From Anthoceros angustus (lineage: Eukaryota; Plantae; Anthocerotophyta), in the NCBI GenBank assembly GCA_010909165.1, contig MU008170.1, positions 1,426,001-1,490,000 on the forward strand: DNA of 64,000 bases, given 5' to 3'. The notes below the pieces were generated by a model. It worked only from the letters and a program-made list of their open reading frames with translations, did no database searches and was not told where the DNA came from. Both the position numbers and the translations under genes were made by a program. This document shows, piece after piece, positions 13,200 to 26,672 of the stretch. The first letter of the stretch is position 1. Every line of letters starts with the position of its first letter.

Positions 13200-14354
13200 C
13201 TATCCCCCACCCGGGGGAACACGAGTCAAAACCAAAACGGAATTCCGCCCTGACCTGCTGCTCAAAAGTGCAAGGCCCTTTGGCCTGTCAATCTGTTGCC
13301 TCCTTGATTGAGCCTGTGAAACATCCAACGCCCCTTCTCCTCTCGGGCCTCCTCTATAGTCTTCCAGCTCCCGGATTGCCATTGCCCCTGCGTTCCCGAA
13401 TTTCCATTGCCCCTGCGTTGCCTCCTCCGCAGCGCCACTGGCGACGGATACCTTTGGTCTGAATACCCGCAATCTGTGCACCACGAGGGCGTCCGTTTGT
13501 GACCCAGAAACTCAATGCAAACTCAGCCGAGCGCGGGTCAAGAGGTGAGAGGGTCAGACCGTTGGTCGATTTCCTTTTCTTGGAAGACAATGACCAGGCC
13601 AAAGGTAGCCCACCTGAATGGGATGAGTGCTCCACCCGGAATGGGATGATACCTGGGCATTCGAGTCTGGAAGAACATTTCTTTTCCCCATGGAAACTGA
13701 CCAACACTAGTCCCCGTTGTTGCAAAATTGGAATAAGAGTAAAAAGCCATCCGTATAAAGAAGGTAATTATGAATTATTTTAGATCAAAGTTAATAAATT
13801 AAAAGGTTAGTATTTGTGAGATTTTATTTAGGGCTTAAAAAATTTAGCATGTTTAAGGCTCAAATTCGAGGCCCAATACAAGATGACATACATGCCATGG
13901 TGTGGAAAGCAATTTAGGAACAATTGAGAAGGCAATTTGGGAAAAAAGAAGCTTGTAGAAGAAGGGGCGAGAGAGAAGCAAGCAATTAAGAGGAAGCATT
14001 GTATCTTGTCTCTTTTGCACCATACGCTAAGGCACTTGGATCCAATGACATGCCACCATTATTGGAATCAAGTTTTTATAAGTAAACTTCCTCCTCTTCC
14101 CTCCTTCCACTTGAACCCAATGATGTGTCAGCATCATTCGATTCAACTCAAGTTTCTACAAGTAAACTTGCTCCTCTTCCCCCTGCAGTTGAATCCATTG
14201 CATTTTTTTTAATTGTAATATGTTATTTTTGTCAAATATCTCATTCCTTGACATGACTCACCGGATGCTTCTACAATTGTTTTTGATCTGTCAAAAACTA
14301 ACTTATGCCCTGGCAAGACTCTACTCTTGCAAGATTAGATGACACGTTAAACTC

Positions 14355-14900
14355 CAGACAAAAGGAAGGAGAGTCAACTGCTCTTGCAATAGGCCCAAAC
14401 GAAAGCAGGGCCAACTCCAAAAAAAAAGGAAGGAGAGCCCAAGTGCTCTTGGAGGACGCTCAAAATAAAGCAAGACCAACTCCAAAAACAAGGAAGGAGA
14501 GGCAACTGCTCTTGGAGGAGGCTCAAAATAAAGCAGGGCCAACTCCAAAAAAAAGGAAGGAGAGAAGGAGAGCCAACTGCTCTTGGAGGAGGCTCAAAAA
14601 AAGCAGAGCCAAATGCTCTTGAAGGAGACCTTGGGCTAGAGTAGGCCTCGGGAAGCGTCCATGTACCCAGAGAAGGAGTCGCCAATATGTTCTTATACTC
14701 ATAGAAGGATTCCCCAACCTATTCTTCTGGATGCTTTTCAAGCGAAGAAACTCCCCAACCTACTCAGAGAAGGACTCCCCAACCTATTCTTCCGCATGCT
14801 ATTCGAGAGAAGGATTGCCCAAGTTGTTCTTCCGTATGCTTTTCGAGAGAAGGACTCCCTAACCTGTTCTTTCGCATGCTTCTTGAGACTCAAATGCTCT
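14355..14900. repeat. Two adjacent degenerate minisatellites (~60-bp and ~40-bp units)
   Basis: CAACTGCTCTTGGAGGAGGCTCAAAATAAAGCAGGGCCAACTCCAAAAAAAAGGAAGGAGAG x~4 (14370-14620) and GAGAAGGACTCCCCAACCTATTCTTCCGCATGCT x~5 (14670-14890). Confidence 0.8.
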
Positions 14901-15323
14901 TACACATCCATTGTTCGTTTTAAGGACTCCTGCATCTCCATCTCTTCTCAATTTATCAAGAACTAACTCCAATGTTTCACCTTCTTCAACTAGAGCTCTG
15001 CATGATGGGAACGCTAGCAATATTCAAGTTTCTGCAAGTAATATTCTTCCTCCTCTTTCCTCCTTGCTTTTCTAAAGTTCTCTGAAGATTGACCAAATCC
15101 GGCTAGAGATACGGATATATGCAATACAATCACACAAATTCTTTCGGGAAAATTCATAGTTGACTTTCAAATTGACGGCCCACATAGTGTGTGTTCAGGG
15201 CTTTCTCAAGTACAGGTGCGTTTATGGTTGGTGCATCCTAACCTCCATTGAACAACTGTTGCCAACATCATTCCAACATCATTGGCACTTGCTAAGGAAA
15301 AAAACATGCAGGGCAATAATAAT

Positions 15324-15475
15324 TTATGAAAACAAAACTCAAAATTCTTAATAAAGTAGACTAAACCAAGTTCCCTTATGAAAACATAACTCAAAATTCT
15401 TAATAAAGTAGACTAAACCAAGTTCGCTTATGAAAACAAAACTCAAAATTCTCAATAAAATAAACTAAATCAACT
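15324..15475. repeat. 52-bp tandem repeat x3
   Basis: TTATGAAAACAAAACTCAAAATTCTTAATAAAGTAGACTAAACCAAGTTC repeated three times, the third degenerate. Confidence 0.85.
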
Positions 15476-16296
15476 TGGCTGGGTTGGTCCTATAAATGTT
15501 GTGTGTAGGTTTCTTTTGTGCAAGACCGTACAAAATGGTACGTTTTATATGTAAGTCAACAAGTGCAATTAAATATTTAAATCGTTATGCTCCTGTCGAG
15601 CCGCCGCTGTGTCTCTCGAGCCCTCTCACTGGCCTTCTTCGTCCAACTCTTTTCACCGCCTCTACGCAAATAATTAATATCTATATCTTATTTAAATATT
15701 AGTTAGATATATTATAAAGCTAATCATTTAGAAAAAATAGTTATAACTAAGTTTCAAATAGTTATTTATTGAGATATAGTTAAATTATTATTAGGTTTTA
15801 TGAGTCAACTAATTAAACACTTAGCTAGGCTCCCCATATGGGGTTACCAAGGCCACATGGGATATGTTAGAGACAGGAACCAAGAAGCGTATTCAAAGCT
15901 GTCCCCACGTATTTGTAAGCTGGGGCCCATGACTGAGTAGTGGGCAATAATATGTGTGTGTTGTGTTGGAGCTTTGATAAAATTGTAATAGTCCTTTTCC
16001 AAAGACATAGCAATTGCTCTTCTGCCTCTATTTGTTTTCCTTGTGCGCAGTGTGATGATAACGGCTGGTTAACAAGTGGGCTTAGAAGCCCGATACTCCC
16101 TCTGGTTTTTGGGTTTATATATAACTCTAAAATTTGGATTGCATTTTGGTATTGTTGTTTGCTTATATAATATACTCTAATATTATGTTAATAAGTTTCT
16201 TAATGTTAGATTGGTCAGTATTCTCAAATTTATTTAGTTCAAAAGTGGATTTAAATTATATAGGTACTTATTATATATAGGTATTGAGACCTAAAT

Positions 16297-17269
16297 TATG
16301 GCATACCAAAGAGGACAGAGGGGACGGGGCTTTTTTTTTCACGCGCAAAACTTTTGTTCACACCACACGTCTTTTTGGTGTCCGGTTTGGTAACCCGACC
16401 AAAGCGGACGCACCAAAGGGGCTTTTTTTTTCACGCGCAAAACTTTTGTTCACACCACACGTCTTTTTGGTGTCCGGTTTGGTAACCCGACCAAAGCGGA
16501 CGCACCAAAGTGGCCACTTCGCGCTCGCCGGTACACAAAAAGAGAATTTATTTTTTTTCACCCCAGTCATTGTGGTTTTTTCGCGCGCGCGGAAAAAAAA
16601 CCAAGAAGTTTTTTTTCTGCGTGTGCTCTCTTCCACTTTAGGGTGCGCCAGGTGGCTTAGGCTTAGGCAAGCCACCTGCCCGTTTTTAGGGTTCATCTCT
16701 TAGGAGGGTGGAGCAGAGTTTAGGAAGAGGAACACCGGCTTGGCCTGCTTTGGCAACGCACGCTGTTCGGGCAATCAGCAGGGCAGTACACGGGCGGGGT
16801 GAAGGAGGGGAATTGAGGCAAATGCAGGCCGTGCTGGGGGCCGTGGCCGTCATTGCCTTGCAAGACCATGGCCGGGGCTGAGATAGGGTTTGGCAACCAG
16901 ATTGGTGCGGCCAATGCGGCAGGCGGGTTAGAGTTTGGCGGGCATGGGATAGCATCGAAGAAAACTTAATTGCATAAGGAAATGTGGAAAACTTGAAAAC
17001 ATAGTGTCGGGACCCGGCTCTTTGTTTTCAAAGTTGGAAGGACACAAAAAATTTGAAGCCAAACTTAGGGTTTCGAGGAGGAAAAGTGTGTGTCCCCTTT
17101 GGTGCTTGGCCGCTTTTGGTTAAGGCGCCAAAGCGGACATAACACCATGTGCTGTGAGAAAACAATATGTACTGGAATCTAGGGTATATTCTTGTAGATG
17201 CCTACGCCTTGCGTGCGTTTCGCGAGAAAAAAAAAGCCCCATCCCGTCTGTCCTCTTTGGTATGCCATA
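16297..17269. mobile_element. Non-autonomous TIR element (MITE) with TATGG...CCATA ends
   Basis: ~49-bp TIR TATGGCATACCAAAGAGGACAGAGGGGACGGGGCTTTTTTTTTCACGCG matches the reverse complement of 17221-17269. Flanked by TAAAT (16292-16296 and 17270-17274). Internal ~91-bp tandem duplication at 16327-16510. Confidence 0.88.
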
Positions 17270-20200
17270 TAAATACTATTTCTTAATAAGATATAATAGA
17301 TAAAATTTTAATAAGATCTATTTTTCTATATTGTCCATAGTGAAAAACAGCTCGTCAATGTTATTGAATGAAATGCACGAAGAAGAAGAAGAAGAATTTT
17401 ATTTAAGTCTACTAAGGACAAATTTCCGTCATGGGACTTGGTACTTAACAACTTGTACCATGGTGTGCCTAAGCTACTTGCACCAAGGGCATCCACTCCC
17501 TTTAAGCACCCCATCTAAGATTCCCTTTAGGCACCCTATCTAAGACTCCCTTTAGGCACCCCATCTAAGTACCGATCCAAGCGCAGGATGCTTAATCACA
17601 CGGCGTTCTTATAAATGTGTGTCATTTGGCCCTGGCCATTTGGACACATCCATTGAAGGTTGAAGCGTTGAAGGTTGAAGCGTTCTCATTCACTTAGTCC
17701 CCAGTGGTTTCAGCGTTTTGAGCTAGGTTTGAAGCGAGGAAGCTAGCGGGTTGTACCTGGGCTGGCAGAGTGCGAAGATGGTGGCGGTAGTGAGCAGGGG
17801 AACTGCTCAGGCCGTGGTGGCAGTGTGCGTGGCGCTGCCGGCGGCCGCCCTTACGCTCAGGTTTTTGACTGCAAAACCGCCTGCTCCGCAAGGTGTAGAT
17901 GATAACACACTCCCTCCGCATGCTCCTCCACCTGTGCATGCACGATGAGGTTCTTGGAGCATCGAAGGAGAGATGAGTGACGTTTGGTCCGACTTAAAAG
18001 AGGTCTGTGTTGGTGTAACACACTTCTTTATGTGTTGCAGGCTTGACTTTGCCTGGGGAGCTTCTGACAGTGCCGTTTGGTCATTTAGGCTCGCAAATTT
18101 CTGTCTGGGAAAGCGCTACATCTGTCTCACGGTGGAGTAATGTATGCCCTTTTCAGGTAAATGGAAATGTCTCACAGACTCACAGAGGCCGTTTGTCACC
18201 ATGCGAATTTCAGTGGCTAGCTGAGGTAACTTGTGCTGCAAGGCCATATCATGGGTTCGGTTACCTATGTCAAGACTTGTGCTTCCACGAGGCGAGGAAA
18301 TTGATTTGTCTCTAGTCATCAGCGATGTCCTTGGGATTCTGGTACTTCTTGCCGTGCGGGGTGCACATATTTCCTGTACAGTGTGCCAAATTGGAGCCAG
18401 TCTCCAAACCCTTTGGGGCATATTTCTTGGCATGTGGTGTATGGAGTTAAGAGTCTCGCAACCACTGTGGTATGACAATCTCCGTTACTGGCGTCTGGAA
18501 GTTCCCTTGACTTAGATGTCTTTCGGAGGTTAGGTATGTAGTTGATAAGCCATCTCTTTGGTGATAAGCATTTTTTGGTGCTTGACGTTGTAGGTTAAGT
18601 GGTGCTTCTGACTCGAATCGTTTGCATGACAGGACCCGATACGTCTGCATACATCCATAGGTCCATCTGCGGTGTCGCACAGACCGATTATTATCTCCTT
18701 TACTCGCAACCGTCCCGTCAGCGGGCTTTACGTGCTCAAGGTCTCTTTTGCGAGTGCCGTTGGAATGAACTGGCCAAGGACACCAACTAGAGCTGACTTG
18801 AAGCAGACCTGACTTGTCCGATCCTAGGACCCGTGAGTGTTGCAGAGATACGTTGTACACATCTGTGTAATTACCCCTATGGATGCATCCGTTCCCAAGC
18901 AGACTCTGTAGAGTTCAAGTCACAGTTGTTAGACAATGTCAGGACTTCACATCGGCAACTAACTGTAGTGTACATGTGGCCAGGCCCATTCCCACACACT
19001 CTCTCTACGTCATATCTAACCTACCTCGAAGTCCTTAGTCCTTCGACACAACTGTCTACAAGGAAATGCGCCATTGCTGCTAAACTTACTTTTCCGAAAG
19101 TACTTCGTAAGCCAAGAGCAGTCTAGGACTCTGTAGAAGTGGTCGTGGATTGAGTTCCTTGAGCTCATCCCAAGGGCGAGGCACAAAAACGACCGATATT
19201 CTAAGGGTTGCGGCAAGGCAATTCTACTCATGGGGAACGGGCCTTCCTGCCACATAAAACGGTCGCGACTGAAAACCTCCCGTCAATCTTCATCAAGTGA
19301 AGTGCCTGTATACAGATCAGGAATTCTGTCGTCTGAGCCAAAAAGCGGCTCGTCTTGATAACCTGGGAACTTCCCGGTCCTGCAAAACGTGTAACAGAGA
19401 ATATGAGTGTGACAAATCTGAAGTCGATGAATCACATGAGCAATCAACAAGAGATCGGAGGTTGAAGACGTATAGCTGCCCAAGAAACAAGAACATCAAC
19501 AGCGAAAAATTGACGGAAACTACCTGGACTCGCTGAGTCTCCACCCCAGGGGAAATAAAACTAGCGAAGGCATGAGGAAACAGTCCTTACCTGAATCTTA
19601 CTGTGAATGTGTTCGGATGAAGATCATTCACCTCGAACGAAAATGCGCTCAAGGTGTTGTAAGAAGTATTGACCAAGGAAGGATATGGCAAGCCAGCTTC
19701 ATGAAGACCATTCTGGTAGGTAATCCAGTTCCCCTTCTCGCCAATAACAGAAGTCCAGCCAAGGCAACTCATCAAAGGGCGCAAGAGGTCGTGATCCTTC
19801 AACCTGATGCCGTTGTAGGAGAGCAGCAGACAAGCTTTTGATCTCTTCACTTTCCCGATCCTCATCCGAAGTTTTTTCAACAGCAACTTCCACCAGCCTC
19901 CCTTTAACCTCATCGCATCCCCCTTCATTGGCTGGGGAAAGCTGACTCTCGATACGCTGACAGTGCGCCGCGACAAAATTTACGAGCTGCCAGCCTGCCA
20001 CACATCAGTGCACTCTTGTGAGTGGTGATCGGCACCTGAGACGAGTCCTCCAAGCTTCACCGCTCCACACTAGATTTCAAACGTTGGAGGAAATTGCCAC
20101 TTCCGGTGTGAATCCTAGCCAATTGCATATTTCCTACCAAACATGGTTGACAGCGCAGGAAGCCCGGTAGAATTCCAATTCTGGAGCCTGGACCACAACC

Positions 20201-22983
20201 AAACTCGCAATGTGCTTGCTACCTATGGGCCTAGGAAGGAGTTGGAGGCTCTCGCCGCACCTGCAATCCACAGACGCGGTGCGCGCGCGCCTTGCCTGCC
20301 GGCCTCCAGCTCGTCAGCAAACCGCTTCAAAGAGATAGCCAAGAATTCCTGCACACGAGAGGTACCGTGTCGCATCGGCCGCCTGGATTCCGCATGCAGG
20401 TGAAGGAAGTACATCTGTTTGCGACGAGCGATGTGGAAACGAACAATGAGTGCATGGAAGGGACGGAAAGCATGAAAGCGACGAGCCGTCAAGTCGCGCC
20501 AGACCACTAGTCTGCCCGTTTCACGACCCATTCGTATCTTACCAGAGATGAAATGTGACGACATTGGCAAATACCGTCCCTTACAGAGCAAGCAGTTTAC
20601 ACCTGAGATGAGGAACCAGCATCGCCAAACTACCGGGACACAGTGTAAAGCATGAACGATGCTGGAAAATGCCCCGTCTGATTTCATTTTTCTCCGTAAA
20701 TGAGAAAAATAGAATTTCTTATCTTTCACGGTTATCGAATTGAGCTGAGTATGGAATACCGATCTCGTCAGGAAGCCCTTTAGGGTTTTTTTCGATGGTG
20801 ACAAAAGAAGTTTTCCCGCCACATACGGCAGGAAAACCTCTGGTGTCACACACTTGACGACATCGGGCCAGTCCGCCTGTGGTCCGATCTCAATCACTGT
20901 TATGTGTGTGAAGAATCTTGTTGTGACACATGTTGTAGATGCCATGGATAGATGGCAAAAGAACACATCCAAAAGGACGGTAAGTGGTAGGTTGACTACA
21001 CAACGATCGTCCTGGACTCAAGCAAACAAGCCAGCTTAGAAGGTCGAATTGTAATAAACTGAAACCAACAGTGGCAACATGCAAACCATGCTCGCCAATG
21101 GAGTTGTGACATCTGAAGAGTGCAGTTAGCCTGATTGGCGCATGCGGCCATTACCGGCTACTGTGCCAACGAAGTGATGCATTGGGGGTGCCAATTGCCT
21201 GAAAAGTGTAGCAGGCGGCTTCCTTGAGTTTGGGGCGGTTGGGGCGCTCTTCACTCATCAACCTCAAGTGCTTAAAGTGGAAGCTCATGAAAAAGGTGTT
21301 TTGAGATGGGCGGCGGCGAGGTGGACGACATGGAGCTCTCGACACACCCATGTGGTAGGGCGGAGGAGGGGAGGCACTAGAAGGCATGGCGGCCGGGAGG
21401 AGGCGCTGAGCGCACCGCCGTGTGGCGGGGCGACGGAAAATGGCTGGCGCATGGTGGGCAATCGCCTCCCAACTCCGACAACGGCGCCAGAGCGTGAGCG
21501 GAGGCGGTGGTGGCGTGAGGGGCGCACTTACGTAAGGCGCCGCACGCGCAGCCATGGTTGAAGAGAGCGCTTCCACCGCCGAGCATGCAACATGCGAGGG
21601 TTGGCCGGTCAGAAGCTGGCGCTTGTAGGGCACAGCCTCCTATGCTGCCGCTTTGTGGAGCCTCCGCAGCTTCGTGGCGTACACTGGGGCGCCCCTCATC
21701 AGCGGCGGCGTAGAGGTGCCGCCTGCTTGCAATCTACCAAGGGTCGCCAGCTTGCGTACCACCGAAACCGGAGTGTAGAGGGGCCCGTGATGCATACCGC
21801 AAGACCGGACCGCGCAGGAGGGGCTTGGCAAAGACACCGAGGGCGGCAACAGTGATGGGTTGTCGCATGCAGCCCGCCAGTGCGAAGTGGAGGCGGAGGG
21901 CTAGCAAAGACGTCACCACACCGGGCAAGTGGGGTGGGCCGCATGCGTACCCGCCAATGGTCAGCAGCGTGGGATGGCCTGGCTGCAGATGAGGGTCAGA
22001 GGTGTGAGTCGCCTCGAGCCGAACAGTGGTTGCACTCCACCACCAAGAAGGCGAAGCCCAAGGAGTGCATCCCAGTGGTTCATGCAAGGCGATGGCCGAA
22101 CGATGAGGCTCATGCCGGACGGAGGACGAGCTTGCGCCTTTCTCGTGGCGTGTCCGGGGCGAGGGCTGAGGAGGTGGGGACTGAGGCACGGTGAGGATGG
22201 TGGCATGCTGGCCCAGTGCCGGAAGGAGCCTTCAGGCGCCCTGGACAAGTGAGGCCAACGAAACCGAGGAGGGAGAGGAGGCCGCGACGGACGATGGCGG
22301 AGACGCCGATCAAGGCGAACAAGGGGGCGAGAGCGCCTGACGACAACAATCGCGACCCGGTGGTGAACGCGCGACAATCCACCACCACGCAATGGCACGC
22401 CGGGTGGCTTCCGGGCCTTATCATTGTAATGGCTCCTAATGATGGTTGCAAGTGAACTTTGCCATGCCGGTACTCATGTTTGGCGAGTTGGGTTTGCAAG
22501 TGTGGATTGAGGATGAGACCAGACCTGCTGTGGTCACGATAAAACGGAACTTGGCCCGCATCCGCTATACGGACGTGAGCCGCCAAGATCGAACGAAGAT
22601 CGCGCGTGTTGCCAGGAGGCGGAAGGCACGAGGGAAGAGTCGGCCGAGCTCATCGCTGAGTTTCGAGGGCGGGCACCCGAAGAGGAAGAGGGTGTAGCAG
22701 GTGGGGGTGGCGACCTAGCAGGCACGGGCGATACATGGGGCGAGAGTGCCGGAGGGGCGAACTCGTGCCGCCGAGAGGCGTGAACCCAATGACCATGGGG
22801 AGGGGCCACCGCCCAAGGCCGCAACAGCAGGAGCTCCATTCCAATGGAGCTCAGCACGATTTAAGTCGACTGGCTGGTAATCGACGCAGCCATGACGGGC
22901 GCACCGCTCCTTCTGAAGTGTGGAGAAGGTGCGCAACACGAGGGTCCACCGACCGACATGGAGGGAGGATGATGGTGACACCA

Positions 22984-25900
22984 TCACGACAACGCAGCCT
23001 GAAATGCCAAAGCCAAGGCTCATAGAATACATGAACGAAAGGCAATGGCCGTGATCTCCATGCCATCGGGCCAATGTGGCGCGTTGCTGGTGGTGGGCAA
23101 CACCCTCTCCGCACGCCCCTCTGCCACGCCTTTCCAGCTCGGGTCCCCTTCCCATTGGTGCCGGGATGAACTCGCCTCGTGGAGTGCCAATCCGGTGTCA
23201 TGACCGGCGCTTTGTTTTGGGTCGCATTTGTTTTTGGTTGTTACTTAGCGTGATAGGCGAGTTAGCCATTAAGGTTATTTTGGCCGATTGCACTTAGTGT
23301 GCAATCCCTTAGACCCTAGGTCCGTCGGCGGGACCGAGCAAGTCCGGTCTGGGTCCGACGGAGTGGTCCGCCCGGCAGGGTCCGATAGCAAGTCCGTCTG
23401 GCGGGTCCGATGGAGTAAGTCCGCCGGGCGGGTCTGACGGAGTAAGTCCGTCCGGCGGGTCCGACGGAGTGGTTCGTCCCGGCGGCGTCGGCGGAGTAAG
23501 TCCGCCGCCGGGCGCCTTAGTCCGAATGGCATAACTGGAATGATCTGGCCGTCATGGGAACAAATGGTGGAAGAAGTCCGCGGAACGATGAGCTACGCCT
23601 TGCTAAGCAGTTAGCGATATAAGGAAGATGGGGGTTAGACTAGGATGAGGGGAGTATAAGGAGGCCTAGGCGCCCTAGACCGAGGAGACTATCCCGGGTA
23701 CCATCTTCAAGGCCTGCAGTTTGCCTTCCGTGCTCGAGGAGGCGAGCGAGTTCCCACGCCACCGTAAGGATTAATTGGTAGAGGGATGTGTTTAGAGCTC
23801 GTGACGAGCTCCGCCAACACGCTTGATGGGTGCAGATCGGGTCGGACCGAGCTCGGAGGTGCTCGGTGATTCTCGGGTGCAGACCCAACCTTGGAGGTCA
23901 GGAACGAGGTCAGGGGTTGCGGTCATAGCCATTCGTAACGGAAGTGTACCAAGGGGTTAAGAGGCGCTTGGGGATGACCTTGCTGGGCGGAAGCCATCCC
24001 TGGAGGCTGCTGGAACGGAGGCTGTGGGATTGCAGGCTGCAAAGCCACTTCTCCGCAGAACGTGAAGCAGCAGGAAGGAGCAAGGGAGGTCTGGTGTGAA
24101 TACGTCGGCGTGCCGGTGCCGCGAATACGAGCTATGGGTGGATCAGGAGGAGGCCCGCGTTGCGGCGTGGGTGTTGCGGTGGAGTTGTTGCCGGACAGAG
24201 TTGAGAAGGTAGGAGCGCTGGGGTGCTAGGGTACGTAGACTCACGGAGGAACGCGTCGCTAAACTTGTTCGTGATGAATACCGGTTTCTCCAGATCGAGA
24301 AACCCGAGCGGAGTTTGTGAGAGGTCCGTGGTTTGGCTGTCCGCCGGGTGCGGAGGGGCACACGCTAGGTTGCGGATCCGCCGACCCAACATGATGAAGT
24401 CCGATTCGAGGCGATAGGTTGGAGTTTGTGTGTATTAAGCCACGAGTCCATTCCTCGTGGAACGAACCCTGATTACATCGACATTGGGCCAGTGTGCGCC
24501 CGGCTAGTCCGCTAGCAAAAGTTGCTTCACTTCAACCCCAGGATAGAGACAGAGCTCACACTCGGCGATGGCACAACCGGTGCACTTTTCCTATGTCTGG
24601 ATGTTGGCCCCTCCAGGCCGATGGCGAATAGAGTCTCATGGGAGGAGGAGCCAAGTTCGAGCACAAGAGGATGAGGGCCTCCGAGGCTCTTCCGGACCGA
24701 TCGGGGTGTAGGGAGATGTTTTGTTTAGGAGCGCCTCCCACCATGAGGTGTGAGCGGACTATGTTAGGATGTTTTTGGTTGAATGGCGACATGCGATTCG
24801 GCAGTGTCCGGCAGGACTGAAGTGGATTTGTCACGACAACGCAGCCGAATGCTGATAGAAATGCCAAGGCTCATAGAATACATGAACGTAACAATGGCAT
24901 CCTCCATGCCATCGGCCAATGTGCAAGTCTCTTGTTGAGTGGTGGGCAGCCACCTCTCCCGCACCGGCCCCTCGCCACGCCTTCCATTCGGGTCCCCTTC
25001 CCATTGGTGCCGGGATGAACACCGCGCCACGTGGAGTGCCAATCCGTGTCATGACCGGGCGGCTTGTTTTGGGCTGCATTTGTTTTTTGGTTACTTTAGC
25101 GTGGATAGAGGCGGGGTTAATGGCCGGGTATTTTTGGCCGATTGCACTTAGTGTGTAATCCCTTGTGACCCTAGGTCCGTCAAGGCGGGGCCGACGAGCA
25201 AGTCCGGTCTGGGGTCCGACGGAGTAAGTCCGCCGCAGGTCCGATAGCAAGTCCGTCTGGCGGGTCCGATGGAGTAAGTCCGCCCGGGTCTGACGGCGAG
25301 TAAGTCCGGCCCGGGCGGGTCCGACGGAGTGGTTCGTCCGGGCGTTCGACGGGTAAGTCCGGCCGGGCGCTTAGTCCGAATGGCATGAATGCAGGAATGA
25401 TCTGGCACATGGGAAACAATAATGGTGGAAGAAGTCCGCGGAATGACGAGCTACGTCTTGCGTGGCTGACAGGGGTTAAGGACATGCGAAGGGGTTAGAC
25501 TAGGATGAGGGGAGTATAAGGAGGCCTAGGCGCCCTAGACCGAGGGAGACTATCCCGGTACCATCTTCGCCGTGCAGTTTGCCGTGCTCGAGGAGCGGAG
25601 CGAGTTCCCTACGCCACTGCAAGGATTAATTGGTGGTAGAGGGATGTGTTTAGAGCTCGTGACGAGCTCGCCAACACGCTTGATGGGTGCGGGGTCGGAT
25701 CGACTCGAGCTCGTGGAGGTGCTCGGTGATTCTCGGGTGCAGACTAACCTTGGAGGCGGACGGAGGCAGGTTGCAGGTCATAAGCCATTTCTCCATGAGC
25801 GGAAGCGGTAAGGGTTAAGAGGCGCTTGGGGATGACCTTGGCTGGGCGGAAGCCATCCTCGAGGCTGGCCGGAACGAGGTCTGATTGCAGGCCGCAGCCA

Positions 25901-26672
25901 CTTCTCCAGTGACGTGAAGCAAAGCAGGAAGGAGCAAGGGAGGTCTCAGCGTGAATACGCCGGCGTGCGTGCCGCGAATCTGAGCTATGGGTGGATCGAG
26001 GAGGAGGTTGCGGCGTGGGTGTTGCGTGGAGTTGTTGCCGAGACGGGTTGAGAAGGTAGAGCGGTGCTAGGTGCGTGAACTCACGCAGGAACGCTGGCCG
26101 CTAAACTTGTTCGTGATGAAACTGGCTTCGGTTTCTCCAGATCGAGAAACCCGAGCGAGAGGGTCCGGTGTGGTTGCTGGCCCGTCCGGGGCTGCGGAGG
26201 GGCACACGCAGGGTTGCGGATCCGCCGGACCCAACATGATGAAGTCCGCTCAAAGCGATAGGTTGTAGAATCGGTATTCGCACGAGTCCATTCCACAATG
26301 GAACGAACCCGTTACTACATCGACATTGGGCCAGTGTGCGCCTGCTAGTCCGCTAGCAAAAGTTGCTTCACACCCAACCTCAAGGACGGTGGTACACTGC
26401 CTCGCCATGCTGGCAGGTGCACTTCCCATGTCCGGCTGGTGATGGATATTCGCCTCCACGCCGATGGCGGCCACAGGTCTCATGAGAGGAGGAGCCAAGT
26501 TCGAGCACAAGAGGATGGAGGGCCCGCCCGAGGCTCTTCCGGACCGATCGGTGTAGATGTTTTTTTGAGTTAGGAGCGCCCACCATGAGGTGGAGCGCAC
26601 TATGTTAGGATGTTTTTGGTTGAATGGCGACATACGCGATTCGGCAGTGTCTCAGGATCGGAAGTGGATTTG
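22984..26672. repeat. ~1.85-kb direct tandem duplication (22984-24830 / 24831-26672)
   Basis: Both copies start TCACGACAACGCAGCC and end AAGTGGATTTG; they differ by many small indels. Confidence 0.9.
25024..26370. mobile_element. ~1.35-kb nested insertion (solo-LTR-like or other), second copy at ~23175-24529
   Basis: Absent at the homologous site of element B (~28185-28195). Flanked by CACC on both sides (25020-25023, 26371-26374). One end reads TGAAGC on the minus strand. Contains a ~27-bp GGGTCCGACGGAGTAAGTCCG array. Confidence 0.6.

Noticed and set aside
17694-20400. Short ORFs with some splice-like sites as a gene
   Set aside because: No consistent spliced frame or recognisable motif could be assembled; may be decayed coding sequence.
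23318-23515. Regular ~27-bp repeats as a CRISPR-like array
   Set aside because: Units are contiguous degenerate tandem copies without unique spacers, there are no cas-like ORFs and the context is eukaryotic.
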